From Octopus bimaculoides (lineage: Eukaryota), in contig NC_068999.1 of NCBI RefSeq assembly GCF_001194135.2, positions 51,656,758 to 51,720,757 on the forward strand: a stretch of DNA of 64,000 nt, written 5' to 3'. The position numbers and the translations under genes are program-made. Positions 25,586 to 40,740 of this stretch are shown piece by piece (positions within the stretch are counted from its first letter, which is position 1; each line of letters begins with the position of its first letter). The notes under the pieces are model-generated. The model saw only the letters and a program-made list of their open reading frames with translations. It made no database searches and was not told the DNA's origin.

Positions 25586-27019
25586 GATAAGAGTAGCTGT
25601 GTGGTTAAGAAGCTTGCTTCTCAACAGCTTGGATCCAGGTTCAGTCCCACTGCATGGCACCTTAGGTAACTGAACTAGATTCCAATCAAAGCAGTGATTG
25701 TGACTGGCTCACACAATGGTAAATGCCTGTTCATTCTATGGCTACTCCTTATACCAACCGATAACTAGTTTCTGTTCCAATGAAGACACAGGCAGTTTCC
25801 TATAAAACTGGCATTCTCATTCACAGCAAACAAGGCACAGGGCCAGACTTTAGATTGTGTAGGTGTATTGTTACCCACTCCAATATTTACATACAGCCAG
25901 TTATACATTGCTATGAGTAGAGAAACATACTCTAGTAATTTGAAAATCAGTGTCGACCAAACAGAAAATATCATCCACAAAGAAGCTTTGTAATCATATT
26001 GATATTAACGAAAGGAATATGATTCATAATTTAAATAACGATATTCGTGAACTTTGAATGTATAAGAGTATAAACAAGCGTAAAATAGTGTAAACAACTA
26101 AAATAAACGTATATCTAAATAGCATCTTTTTCTTAATACTTTTTATGTAGTGGTCAAAAGAAAGTCTGGCTTTCATTAGGAGTGGTCCACATAACCATTC
26201 ATGATACAGAGTCTGGGAGCCTATTTCAAATCGGAAGTGAATCGTCATCGCATGTCATTTAGTCACAAACGCATATCATATAGCTGCAATAGAATACTGT
26301 ATCACCAACAATAATTTGATTTCTCTAAGACATCACCCAGTAATCTATCAAGTCCATTTACACATTCCTCAATACATACTGCCGTTATGACTTCCTTCCC
26401 TCATTTTATGCCTCCTTCGTAGATGGGTAGAATTGCTAGTACAATTAATTTGAGGCAGGTGGTTAAAAAAAGTCACAAGGGTCATTAGTTGAATTGTCTG
26501 TAAACTTCAGAGTCAACAAAGTGCTTTAATAAAGGGCTGTTAATAATCTGTGTGACTCCAGCAATTTAATGTAAAGATGATATGATGGAGTATATCAAAA
26601 AAAAAAGAGAGAGAGAGAAAGAGAGAAATGTGTGAAGAGAATTGGTTCTAAGGAAAACATGAAAATGTCAGGCAGTCTTGTCTATTAAACTTTGACTTTT
26701 AAAATCATAATTAACAGTAAATTAGCAAATTAACAATCTAATCAAAACCCCAAAGAAACCCACTAATTTGTAATTAGAAACGCTTAAGAAGCACACGAAA
26801 AAGAATAACTGAGAAGCATCTGTTTTCAATTGTCAGTCAGCGTATATGCAGCTATGTGTGTGCATGCATGTGTGTGTGTGTGTGTGTGTTTGCATGTGTG
26901 TGTGTATACACACGCACACACACACAGACAAATATAAACGAACAGTTGTCCCTCAGTCTGCACAGTACTTGGTGTGCATGGCTTCCCTTTGGCACATTTT
27001 TGCTTTTTACCTCTTTTAT

Positions 27020-27385
27020 CTTTCACTTGTTTTAGTCATTTGTCTGTGGCCATGCTGGGGCATTGCCTTCAAGGGTTTTCGTCAAATAAACTGACTGCAG
27101 TACTTGTTTTGGTGTTTGGTGCTTATTTTGTCAGTCTTTTTCACTAAACTGTAAAATTACAGGGACATAAACAAACCAACAGCATTGAGAGGGGAAGGGA
27201 TGACAAACACTGATACAAACACACACACACACACACACACACACATGACAAATTCAGTCACAAGACATTGAGTAACTCTGGGGCTATAGCAGAAGACATT
27301 TGCCCAAAGTGCCACACAGTGGGACTGAACCCAAGATCATGTAGTTAGAAAGCAAACTTGTTAGCCACACAGACATGCCCATGCC
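27020..27385 (-). mobile_element. SINE family A, diverged
   Basis: Both halves recognisable around (CA)n. Confidence 0.75.
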
Positions 27386-28579
27386 TAGACACACCTGAAC
27401 TGAATCTGTTCCTGAACAGCCCTTATCCCCACTTAAACATGGATGTTCTGTTAGAACAAACCATACTGCAGAAGGTACCATAAGAGAAACTCTCGTATTG
27501 GCTTTTGGTGCAAAATGCATGCCATCATCATCATCATCATCATTGTTTAACGTCCTCCTTCCATGCTGGCATGGGTTGGATGGTTTCACAGGAGCTGGCC
27601 AAGCAGAAAAGCCTGCGCCATACTTCTGTGTCTGTTTCAACATGGTTTCTTTTTTTTTTTTACATATTTGCTTCAATCATTAGACCACTTTGAAGTGGCT
27701 TAATCGAACAAATCAATTCCAATATGTGTTTTAAGTCTGACACTTATTTTATCAGCCTCGTTTTGCTGAATCGTTAAGTTATGGGATATAAACAAACCAA
27801 CACCAGTTATCAAGCAGTGAGAGAAAAACACAAACATGTACACATTATTATAAGATATACTTGAAATGAGTAGACAGCAGATTATCTTTACACAGTAATA
27901 TGTCCAATGTGACATTTTATGAAGTAAAAATCTTTAATCTTTTTTCATATACTTAAGTGGAACATCCAAGAATCAAATGATTTATAAAAGCCTGTTCAGA
28001 GCATGTATGAACAAGATTGGCAACGCCTGATAAAGTTTTATGTTTAAGAATTATGCAAAAATGAAAACAAACAAATAAAAAAAAACATTACCTTTTTTTT
28101 TTAATTTACAAAAAATCCAGAAGTAATTTAATATTCTGAAAAAAGAAATAAAATGTTTTTTTAAAAATATGAAATCAAGATTTAATCAACATTTTAGGAA
28201 ATAAGAGAGAGAGAGGGAGAGCGAGACAGAGTGAGAGAGATGTTTAAAAGGATTAAAAATATATTTTGACTTGATACTTATTTCTACAAAGAAAAAAATA
28301 CCACAGCACCATTGATTTCTGATAGTGGTAGAGTACAAGAAGTATTGATGGAAGCTTGTAAGAACACTGATTGGATTGGATGTAATAACCATAGAAAATT
28401 AAACTGGGATTAAAACCAAAATATTTCAGTGTTGAATACGTTAAATCAGATTTATCTTGAACATTTTCTTAAAAACCAAACCATCATCAATTTATAAATT
28501 GAAAGAAAAACTGCAAAATTAAAACTAGGAGACCTCAGTTCTTTCTACACCTTTCATATATTAGTGCAGATGTAATATA

Positions 28580-28630
<51 letters not shown>

Positions 28631-31091
28631 CCTTAAAACAACATGCTTACATGTGTGTTTGTCGTATGTGTCTCCTCATTTTCACAATACACAACAGCTA
28701 TTAATGAGTTTCACTGTCATACAGACAGAGTCCTTCATTTCCAACCTGCCATGGAAACAAGTTAGGGTTCGCAGAAAAAGGAAGGGCATGTGACCATAGA
28801 AAATTTGCCTCAGTGAACTGTCTGGTCCACACAAGCAGAGGAAAGTAGACATTAAAAAAGCGATGATTATGATGGTGATGGTGATGATGATTCCAGTATG
28901 CTCCGTAATTCCACTGCAATGCCTTCCATCAGTGATGAAACCACTTTGTTCTGGCACAAAATCTGCTAGCTGACCAATCTGGATTTCTCTTCTCTCTATA
29001 TGTTATACCACCACCACCAACCCCACCCTTTTTATAAACAGTCTTGCTGCTCCACAGATTCTTAATTATCATTCAACAATTACAAGATTAATCACTTATC
29101 ACCATATTTACTTATAAAGCAAGCCATTTCATTCAAAACAGAAGAGATTTATTTTCATTTCTTGCAGATTTACAGATAATAAACCTGGCAAACGCCCCTC
29201 TTGTTTGTAATGGGATTAAGTATCAAACTATAACTTTGCCTTTCATCCCTTCAGGGTTGATGAAATAAAACTTCAGTCAATACTGCGATTACTGCAATCA
29301 ACTAACATCCACCCCATAAAATTGCTGGCATTGAGCTTAAATCAGAAGCCATTGTTTTTGTTATTACTGAAGCGGTTAAGCTGGCAGAATCATTAGCATA
29401 TCGGACAAAATGCCAAGTAGGATTTTTTGGGGCTCTTTATATTCTGCGATCATATTCTGCCAAGGTTGACTTTGCCTTTCATCATTTAGGGGTCAGTGAA
29501 ATAAGTACCAGTCAAGTACTGAAGATGATGCAATTGATTCGTCCACTCTCTTCAAAACTTTAGTAAGTTAAACTTCAAGAACATTTTTTTTTTCTTTTTC
29601 TTGTACATACATTTGTGAATACATGCGGAACATACAGTATGTTATATCTCACACACATATAACTCCACTACAGCAAGAAACCTGTTCTGCTCTGATCCTC
29701 TCTCACATACTTTTACTTTTACCCTTCTTCTTCCCTGTTTCCTAGCATAGAGTTGCCCTCTCAGGGTTCACAGTCTTGTAAATTGCATGACAGCCCCGCC
29801 AGTACTGGTGGTACAAAAAACAAAAAATAAAAACACACAGAAAAACAGTAGCCAGTAGATGTTGTAAAGAGGTTGGCATTAGGGAGGAATCTAGCCATAG
29901 AAACCAAACCATGCCAAGCAGACACTGGAGCATGATGGGGCCCATCAGATGCTGTCAAACCATCCAACCCATGCCAGCAAGGAAAGTAAGTGTTAAATGA
30001 TGAGAAACACAATCAAAACTAAACATTAGACAGGTATATTAGTTCCAAGTGTCTGTAGTCAAGAGAAAACAAGAATTGCTGACAGTCAGGTTACCATATA
30101 TAATTGTATATATATATATAAACAGCTGTGTGCTGACTATTGATTAAAAGACATGTTAACAAACAGGACAGCAGCAGAGAAGATGTTATGAAGGTGGTGG
30201 TGGTGGCAGCCATGGAGGAGAGGAGGAGGAGGACAGATGAGGCATAGTTATAACTACTAGTTCTGATAGTGTCAATTTATTCATACACAAATACTACAAA
30301 AAAAACACAAAAAAAAAAAAAGTTGGTAGGAAGGGGCTTATATTGCAATATCATGAAATTGGGGTTCTTACATGATATCATTTAGCCCCATTTGAACGAA
30401 ATGCAAAAGTTTCTACTACCATAACAAATGCTTCTGCATGTTACCGAAAAATTTATAGAGAGCAAAAAAAAAAAAGCTTCATCTAAGCAAACAACTCTAG
30501 ACTTGATTTTTAAAAAGAAATGTACAAGTCTGTCTACAAGTGCTTGTGAATCGGCAATCACATCTACAAGTGATGGTGTGCACAAATCTAGTCCAAGAAA
30601 AAGTGATTCAGAAAATGATTATAATAATATTTTTTATTATAAATGTTCTTGACATTCTTTTTACTTTACATAAAATATTCCTTACATTCTACTGTTGTTT
30701 TAANNNNNNNNNNNNNNNNNNNNNNNNNNNNNNNNNNNNNNNNNNNNNNNNNNNNNNNNNNNNNNNNNNNNNNNNNNNNNNNNNNNNNNNNNNNNNNNNN
30801 NNNNNNNNNNNNNNNNNNNNNNNNNNNNNNNNNNNNNNNNNNNNNNNNNNNNNNNNNNNNNNNNNNNNNNNNNNNNNNNNNNNNNNNNNNNNNNNNNNNN
30901 NNNNNNNNNNNNNNNNNNNNNNNNNNNNNNNNNNNNNNNNNNNNNNNNNNNNNNNNNNNNNNNNNNNNNNNNNNNNNNNNNNNNNNNNNNNNNNNNNNNN
31001 NNNNNNNNNNNNNNNNNNNNNNNNNNNNNNNNNNNNNNNNNNNNNNNNNNNNNTATATATATATATATATATGAATGTATGTATGTATGTA

Positions 31092-31166
<75 letters not shown>

Positions 31167-34100
31167 TTCAATTTTTCTTCAAGTGCAGTATAGGTCATTA
31201 ACCTAGTTAATCCTCATGTGATGGAGGTTTAAGTCACTGGTGTATGTTAAAATCTAAGTATCAAGTTGCATTCTGTTACACAATTCTAAGTGGTGAGTTG
31301 AAATTGGAAGTAAATAAACCTCATATTGCAATAACATTACATATAAAAATAAGGTCATAAATTATACTTTATTAGTATTTGAACCTGAAATCAAATATCA
31401 CAGATATTTTATGAAAAATCCAAAGTTTACAGACGCTTTGAGAGTGGAATTTAATATTAGCCATTTAACAAACAATAGGATTCTATATATTCATTTAATT
31501 CATGACTGCTCAACTTCATCATCGTAATCATCCCAGTTTTAATTTCCATTTTGCATGCTCATTCAACTAGCAGAAGTCTACATTAGTAGTTTTGACCCAC
31601 TACCCTGATGACTTCAGAGCTCGTTAGCCACACAAAACTATGTGAAGTAAACAACAGGAAATTTAAAAAGAGAGGTAACACTAAAAACTACGGTCCTTAA
31701 TTATTGCTTTCATTTATCATATGTTGGCTGAAATACTCTCCTAAGCAAATCAGATAGTTTCTGGGTGATAGTGGCAGCCATTTCACAAATCACAAGACTT
31801 CACAAATCGTTCTTGCTTATTTTGCACACTATCAGTTTCTCACACTGTAAGTCTGAGACTGAGGAAGGTATGGGCTGGTGAGACCCTGGGATAGGGGACA
31901 GCAGTATTATGCATCTGAAAAGAAAGCTCACATTTGGTAGATCTCGTAAACATACAAATAGCCTTCAACTTGCACCATCATTTTATTTGCTACATAATCA
32001 CTATGTTCAACAGGAGATAGACACAAGGTAGGGATGGAGTGGGAAGGGAGGGGAGAAAGTGTTCCATATAGTAAGCCATTAGAGGTGCTCAGGAGAAAGA
32101 CATCTGGTCGAGGTCAGAGGACGAAGACTACCGATATAGAGGGTGGAATGGGCAGGAGCACCGCGAACGGCAAAGCACTGTGGAAGCCCTATTCCTTAAC
32201 AGAAGCTGATGTGGCATAGCCACAGACAAAGCTAGCTACTAATTAACAAACAACATGGGGAAAAGTATGGGGAAAACAGAGAGGAAGACCAGTGAAATTT
32301 TCCAGAATTAGGGCTGGTTGAAAACAAAACATGAAGAGATGGAATTTTCATGATATAGAGCAAGAGTAAACAGAATTGAACAATTGGATTAACTTTGCTA
32401 TAACATACCACTAAATGAATAACAAAAGTAATTACAAGGAGTTCTACAAAGTGAAAGATAATTGAACATTCGCATTCTTAACATTAACTATAGCTATAAC
32501 TATAACCTACAGTATGGAGTAAACCAAACTTTGTGACAAAAATAGATAAATAAATGGATGAATAACAATAATAATAATTATAATGAGCATTAAGGTGAGA
32601 GAGAATTGAATTGAATTGAACATAGGGTTTCTCAAGGTTACTATAACATACGCACGGAATAAACGATACTGTGTGGGTACAAAGATAAATTAATGAATAA
32701 TAACAGTAATTATAATTTGCGCTGTAAAATGAGGTTTAGATATGTGCTAGGTTGGAAACAAGAGTTGCTTATCTGAACATTTTCTCTCTTTCTGACTCCC
32801 ACTTTGTGAAGCAAAGTTGTAAATATGGGGTAGGGAATCTGAAGGGAGCTAATTTATATAATATGGGGAGGGGGAGAAGCCAAAGAATGGCAAGCACTGT
32901 GGCAGCCCTATTCCCTAGCAGGAGCTGATGTGGCGAAGCCATAGTCAAAGCTGGTTACTAATTAACAATCGAAAAGCAAATAGTTAACAAAACAGACAGG
33001 GAGAGTGGTGAAATTTTCGAGAAATCATGAAACATGCTACCAAGCTAATGATTTTTGTACTTTTTTTTTTCTTTCCTTTTTATTTCACACTAGATTTCAA
33101 CTGTTTTTCTTAATCAGTACACATTAGTAAGTGCTCCCACATAACTATATCAACTACTATTTCTTTTATGCACCCAACCTGTGCTTTGAATAGCAAGATA
33201 TTTTTCAAAATTGCATGCACTCATCTTATTTCCCCATTCTATGTAACAGCACTGGAGCTATTCATACCCAACAGTCTAATAAAAACATACTTATTAATAG
33301 CAATAATTGTTATAATGCTCACATCAAAATAGAATTTGATAAATTCCACAAAAACCTAACAATAGACTTAATGGAGCCATTTTATTGGGCAACAGACTGA
33401 TCATGCACTGTGTTAGAATAACAAGATCAGAAATTCAATTTCTTTACTCTGGACTCTATTGTACCAGAACTCAAATGCTTTTTTTTTTTTTGGAATGGGT
33501 AATTACATAAAGTAGTTGTAGTTGTGATTAGTGAAGGTGCATGGCTCAGTGGTTAGAACATTGGGCTTACAATTATGAGGGTTTTGAGTTTGATTCCTGA
33601 TCTGGGCTGACTGTTGTATATTTGAGTAAAGTGTTTCAGTGTGCATATATGCATGTGTACTTCTGCTGGTGACAAAGGGCCTCTTGCTCAGAGTAAAAGG
33701 TAGACTGTATGACGCATGTGTATGAACAGCCATGCTACATGGCAATGAAGTCAATTGCATAAAAGCAACGGAATTGAGCACAAATAACAATATAACTGGA
33801 TGAATCACTAGTAAAAGCTCTTCATGAACACTGTAAAAACAAAGTTTAATAATGACATCTAATAACAAACAAGCATGTAGGACATGTTTTTCCCTCCTAC
33901 AAGTTAAACCAAACAGTTGTTTGTACAAATAGAAGTTGAAAAAGATGGTAAACATCAGTTTTAAGAGGACACATTTGACAGCCGATAGAGTGCATTTCTT
34001 AACTCTCGCTTAAAAATGTCCCAGAAAAATTAGACTTTCTTGTAAACACAAGGTCAGCATTTAGGTTACTGACAAGGGGGTGAGAGAAGAAAGGATTTGT

Positions 34101-34450
34101 CAAAATTGAAGAGTGTCTTATAAGTCACCAAATATGATAGGTCATGTCATAAGTTAATTATATGGCAATCATATGCTCAAAAACACCATAATGTCATAAT
34201 TTTAACAGAAAATATACTAAAAAACAAATTCATTTCTTGTTTTATATCACTGATACAAATAAAAATTTGAAAATAAAAGAAGACTGGTAAACATCAGTTC
34301 TGACAGCTAATAAAGTGCATTTTCTCCCAAACAAAAAAATGTCTCAGAAAATCAGTCCATGTCTTAATAACAAGGTCAGGATTTATATCATCACAAGAAA
34401 AAATAAATGCATTGGATCTGTTTGTACCCTGTACACTCTACTATCCCCGC

Positions 34451-34661
34451 CTTGAATTACAGGCACAACAGAAACAGGAAGGTAGAGTGAGAGAAAGTTG
34501 TGGTGAAAGAGTACAGCAGTGTTCGCCACCATCCCCTGCCGGAGCCTCGTGGAGCTTTAGGTGTTTTCGCTCAATAAACACTCACAACGCCCGGTCTGGG
34601 AATTGAAACCGCGATCCTATGACTGCGAGTCCACTGCCCTAACCACTGGGCCATTGCGCCC
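34451..34661 (-). mobile_element. 5' half of the same SINE family as 46797-47168
   Basis: Near-identical to 46970-47168. Confidence 0.85.
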
Positions 34662-35489
34662 CCAATATATGACTGGAATTCATGTATAATAATGGTTTCA
34701 AATTTTGGCACAATTTCAAGGCATTTTGAAACAGACCCAAGGTTAGCTTGGGTCTGTACTTTAAAACACTTGCCCAAGGAATTGTACAGTGGGGCTGAAC
34801 TCAAAACCACATGGCTGCAAAGTGAGCTTTTTAACCACGCTGCCATGCCTGCATTTATGTCAGCTTGTTCCTGTTATCTTTGAATTGGTATTTTCCCCAG
34901 TTAACAAATTAACTCCACCTTACACATTCCACACAGAATTATTCATCTTTAATTTCAGGAATAATATCTGTCGCTTTAGTTATATACGAGCCGGAAGTGT
35001 TAGGCATAAATTATCAACATCATATGGCATTTTATATTAAAGAGCTACGTAGTGGCATACAGTTCTATGATCTTATAAGAAAGAGAACTAAAATATTATT
35101 CATTTATTCATTGATTAAAACCGGGATTATTAATTCCTTGTCTCTCCAACCATTAATTTGTATAAAATTGAAAAACGTTTTTTTTCCTGACTTGCTAATT
35201 GTCATTAGTCAGACAATTGTAATCAAACCATTATTATCTGGAGCTATTCTGAGACATTCAGGCAGTGATAAATAAGCTATTAGCATTATCTGACCATTTT
35301 AAAAATCATTTTGTCAATTATGTTGGTTATTGACATGCTTTTGTGAACACACTCCCACATATTGCTATAGATCATTATAACATCACACCATTTAAAGCCA
35401 CTGAGGAGACATGAAAACTCTGAACTGTTCGTTTTTTTCATTGCAAGTAGGCTCTAGTCTTTGTGGTTCCTTGACCTACTCTTTACTCC

Positions 35490-35729
35490 TTTACTTGTTT
35501 CAGTCATTTGACTGTGGCCATGCTGGAGCACCGCCTTTTAGTCGAGCAAATCGACCCCAGGACTTATTCTCTGGAAGCCTAGTACTTATTCTATCGGTCT
35601 CTTTTTACCAAACCGCTAAGTTACAGGGACGTAAACACACCAGCATCGGTTGTCAAGCGATGTTGGGGGGACAAACACAGACACACAAACATACACACAC
35701 ACACATATATATATATGTATATATGTATA

Positions 35730-35760
<31 letters not shown>

Positions 35761-36135
35761 NNNNNNNNNNNNNNNNNNNNNNNNNNNNNNNNNNNNNNNN
35801 NNNNNNNNNNNNNNNNNNNNNNNNNNNNNNNNNNNNNNNNNNNNNNNNNNNNNNNNNNNNNNNNNNNNNNNNNNNNNNNNNNNNNNNNNNNNNNNNNNNN
35901 NNNNNNNNNNTGTAAACCAACCAACACCAGTCATCAAACAATGGAGGTGGAGAGGCAAACAAGCACTAAGAGACACAGTTTTATATATATATGATGGGCT
36001 TCCTTCAATTTCCGTCTACCAAATCTACTCACAAGGCTTTGGTTGGCCCGAGGTTATTTTAGAAGACACTTGCCCAAGGTGCCACGCAGTGGGAATGAAC
36101 CCACAACCATGTTGTTAGAAAGCAAGTTCTTAAAC
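35490..36135 (-). mobile_element. SINE family A, near full length, with a gap in the internal (TA)n
   Basis: Reverse complement of the 2561-3030 consensus. Confidence 0.85.
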
Positions 36136-36607
36136 ACACTGACATTTCTGTACCTATATTTTCTAAATATAATTTAGGATATGATTTCATTGCTGAGTTT
36201 ACAATCTACATGATTTATATTATACTAGCTATCATAGGCACAGGGTCACAGATTTAGGGAGCAAGGACTTAATTACAGGAACTGACCCCCAACATTTGAC
36301 TATCACTTATTTGATTGGTTCTGAGAAGAGGGGAAAGCAAAATTGACCTCAGCATCTTTGAACACCACACATTAATGAGCAACTGGCTAAATTAGTAATT
36401 TTCTCTCCTGCTGAGACGCAAGTAGTTTTGTTTTACAGACGGATTTGTAACACAGCAGGGAGAAAATGTTTAAAAATAGAGATAGTCATAAGTTATTCTC
36501 TTTATCTGTCTGCTACAAGACCCAAACCATCATCAATCTTCCACTCCCCACCACCACTGAAACATAAAACACATTTAGACACCCTTCTAAAGGCACTGAA
36601 ATATGTA

Positions 36608-36650
<43 letters not shown>

Positions 36651-37699
36651 TGCTCTTCACAATCCAAGACCTAATTCAAGCATCATTATTCTTTTTAAGA
36701 CAAGGGTTCTGATATGAATAAAAAAATAACTGACACCTCCCACCTCAACTTCATGAACTTTAAAAAGAAACAAAGGCAGACTTTTTGGGAGGGGTCCAGG
36801 GAACAATGTATCATCATTACCATCATCATCGTTGTTTAATGTCTGCCTTCCATGCTGGCATATGTTTTTTTCAGTTTAGGAATTTGTATGGCCCCATGCC
36901 ATGAAAAAATGACAGCTAATTGTAGTATTTTATATATAAATAAGGTATAAAATAAGGTACATAATAATCACAGATACAAACATTCACAACATACTTCCCT
37001 TGTACACGCACATACATAAACACATATGCTCATACAGAGTTGAAACACTGTTTGATTTTTCTTTTCAGCATTGAATGTTCACACACACACACAGTCACAT
37101 GACTCCTTTTTACACACACACACACACACACACATATACTCATGCAGAGTTGAAACACTGATGTTTTTTTCACCATAGAACTTCCATCATCCCACTACCA
37201 AGTTTACCATCACGCCTTCCTTTCTCATTCATATGTTGTGACGGAGAAAAACACAAGAATATTAATATAGTAGATTATCTCCAATGCTTATTCTTATTCA
37301 TTGTGAAGGCAAGAAATATAAACCACAGATAAATAAGTAATTTTGACAAGAGGCAAAAACAAAAGGAATACATCAGTTTTGACTATGTGAGTCAATATGA
37401 AATACCCAGAAGTATTTGAACTCAGAACCCTAAGGCAAGGTGTTTGCAGCAAGTGAAAGCCTTGAAAGCAACCAATTACCATCTTTGTGATTCAAGCCTC
37501 TCCGAGTATTTCCTCTCAGTTGGGAACATAACCCCCCCCCCCTTAACACCACCTGGTCCTTGGGCACCCTTCGTAGAGTCTACTCTGTTACAAGCATTTG
37601 GTACAGGTCTCCAGTTTGAGAATATCATCCTCCAAAGTCTTTGAGGGTCTGTAAACTATCTTGAGAACTGCTTTCTTCAGACTGATTAAAAAAGTTGAG

Positions 37700-38090
37700 T
37701 AGGCATGGCTGTATGGTAAGAAGTTATCTTCCCAACCACATGGTTTGGGGTTCAGTCCTACTGTGTGGCACCCTAAGCAAGTGTCTTCTACTATAGTTTT
37801 GACCTGACCAAAGCAAAGCACCTTGTGAGTGGATTTGGTAGATCGAAACTGAAAGAAGTCCATCATGTTTGTGTGTGTGTGTGTGTGTGCATTTGTCCTC
37901 CTACCACTGCTTGACAACTGGTGTTGGTGTGCTTACATCCCCAGAACTTAACAATTTGGCAAAAGAACTGAATGAATAAACACCAGGCTTTAAAAACAAA
38001 AGTATTGGCATCAATTCATTCAACTAAAAATTCTTCAAAGTGGTGCCACAGCATGGCCGCAGACTAATGCTGAAACAAGTAAAAAAAAAA
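37700..38090 (+). mobile_element. SINE family A, full length
   Basis: Head ggcatggctgtatggtaagaag, internal (TG)n, and 3' end ...cagcatggccgcagactaatgctgaaacaagtaaaa. Confidence 0.85.
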
Positions 38091-38136
38091 AGATAAAAGA
38101 TTGCCCACACTAGCTTATGAAGCAAAAAGAAAGCAT

Positions 38137-38184
<48 letters not shown>

Positions 38185-38807
38185 AAAAAAATGAATGAAG
38201 TTGAAAATGAACAGAGGGTGGATAAGAAGATTTATTTATATTAATAAACTTAACCGGTTTTGCATTTGTATGATTTTTCAAAAGTGTAAGAATGTAGGGA
38301 CACAGAGCTGTTCCTTGAAACTTAGACTTTTGAAAATCATACAGATCAAAAACCAGTTAAGTGTATTAATATTAAATATAAATAAATTTCCTTATACATC
38401 TTCTCTACATTTTCCACTTTATTTCCTCTATACTACTACTACTTGTATTGATTAGTAATGATAGACAGACAAACAGATAGACAGAGTGACAGACATTCGT
38501 GATAGATAAACCTATATCCATCCCTATGTGTTCATGTGTGATTATACACATGTTCTACCTTTGGTATTGGAGTACTTCTTTTCACCTTGTTTTGCACGTA
38601 TGTGTTCATGTGTGAGTATGTATATATATATATATATACACTCACACCCACACATGAACACATACATATGCGCGCGCACAGACAACAGTAAAAAGAGATT
38701 ACTGCTATTATAAAGAAAAACAAAACGGGGACAATTTTTTTTTTAAATAGTTCGATATAAACACACCAGCCAAAATATTTACAACTTAGAATATTATATC
38801 AATACAT

Positions 38808-38843
<36 letters not shown>

Positions 38844-39139
38844 ACGGTAATAAATGAGATGAAGCATTCAGCAACCTAAATAACTCCGAAGAGGAAGAGT
38901 GGGGTTTCCTGCCAATTGTAGCCAAAAGGTATTTGACATGCTCCCTTTAAACAACAAGCTTCACTCATCTGAAGTAGAAAAGTACGTGGGGAATCAGTTG
39001 TTGCTTATTGAATACATTCTAGCGCAAAGGTTATTGTTATTGTTTTTTTTTACAACCCCACCCCCACCCATACAAACCGTAGTGTCTGAGGGGGTATAAA
39101 TATATTCTAAAAAAACAAAAGACAAAATACAGAAAGGAG

Positions 39140-39350
39140 TTATTTAAGCACGTCCCCCGAGTCAACCCAGACTGTGCAAAACTACAATTACAAACGTTCC
39201 ATCAACGACCGTTCTGTCTATGTAGCAAGAGATAGAAGACTTACGTGTCCTTTCCGGTTTAAGGCGGTAAAATATGATTCGAAGAAGATTTGATTGCTAT
39301 CTTTAGCAGGTTGAGCAACCAAGCAGAAAAAACGAGATTCCCTGATTTGG
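39140..39350. repeat. Unclassified dispersed repeat; inverted copy at about 51735-51930
   Basis: The reverse complement of 39240-39350 aligns with 51735-51815 (…ctgctagaaatagc…aaatcatat…ttaaac). Confidence 0.5.
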
Positions 39351-40740
39351 CTCGTAACACACACACACATATGTGCGTATGTATGTACGTACGTACGTAT
39401 GCGAATAACAAGAGTTATTCACCTTGAAGTCACCTAGACTTTTATCAATTTACCTTTTGGAAAAGTAACAAAGAAAGAAAGCATACCACATGCTAAAAAA
39501 AAAAGCAAGAAAGAATAAATTAGCAGGGAGGGTGTTTGGTGGGGGTGATACCAGATACTGACAGTATAAATCAAATAATGACGACAACGATAATGATGAT
39601 GATGATGATGATGATGATTGCTTTTTACTGTTTCTTTTATTTAGATAAGGTTAACCGATAGCGCCGACAACACTTCCAAACAAATTAGCTAAAGATATAA
39701 TTTATGTATGTTTGCTTTAGAATTCTACTCGTATTCTCCAATAAACATGTGTCTGAGGAAAAATAAATTAAACGTAACTGCGTACTTTTACAATATTTGA
39801 CATTCATACAAAGCATTGTTTTATGCTATTTCTCTGTGTGTGTGTTTGTGTTACAGGTAACTCAACTCAGGACGAAGACTTTCTATATAACAATAACTGG
39901 CAGGTAACATTAACCAGGGGACATAATAATATCCTAAACGTGTTTGCGACCCACTGCTTTTGATACTAGAACGGACGGGTATATGCTTAATAAACGAAGC
40001 GCATATACATACATATATACAAATAAACAAAGGCCTCTGGCTTCGAAAACAAGTAACATATATGTAACATGCATATACAAAACAGAGAACTACATATCTA
40101 CACAAATCGCACACACGTTCGCATATAGAAATACACCCAGCCAAACACACGTACCCTGACACACAAATACGCGCGCACGTTCACACTATCGTCAGTATCA
40201 TAACACGAAAATCTTGCACTTGGAAATAATAAAAGAAAAACGGTATAAGATGGCTATTCAACTCTGTGTGCGTGTACATGTGCAACTATCTATGTTTCTC
40301 TCTATTTATATCCATGTAGATATAAATAAGTCTCCATACATGTGCGCGCACTCATTCACACATTATGTAAAACAAGCTCAGGTGAGTTGATTTTATATGA
40401 CGAGATGCACAAATCAGCAGATGTCACGTGAGGTGTGAGATATTGATTTCTTCACTCGGGTGCAAACAACATAATAAATGTATCAGAAACACGAGCCCCT
40501 TTAATGATGGGCATTATAACAGAGTGTGTGTGGAGAGAGAGAGAGGTGGGACAGACAGACAGACAAACAGATAAGGTAAACTAGATCAAAGTCACAGGTT
40601 AAATACACATCGAGAGCATCTACCTTTCCGCTCTATGAACCAGAGCTTAGCAGAAATAATGTGTAATATTTTACGTAGCATTTCTTACATAGCTGCATAA
40701 ACCAATTCCGTCCAGATACGGAATAACAGGAATTTAAGAA

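Noticed and set aside
34595-34661. tRNA-like A/B boxes, also at 10740-10797, 47100-47168 and 58084-58145
   Set aside because: Each continues into a multi-copy SINE body, two with TSDs; they are not stand-alone tRNA genes.
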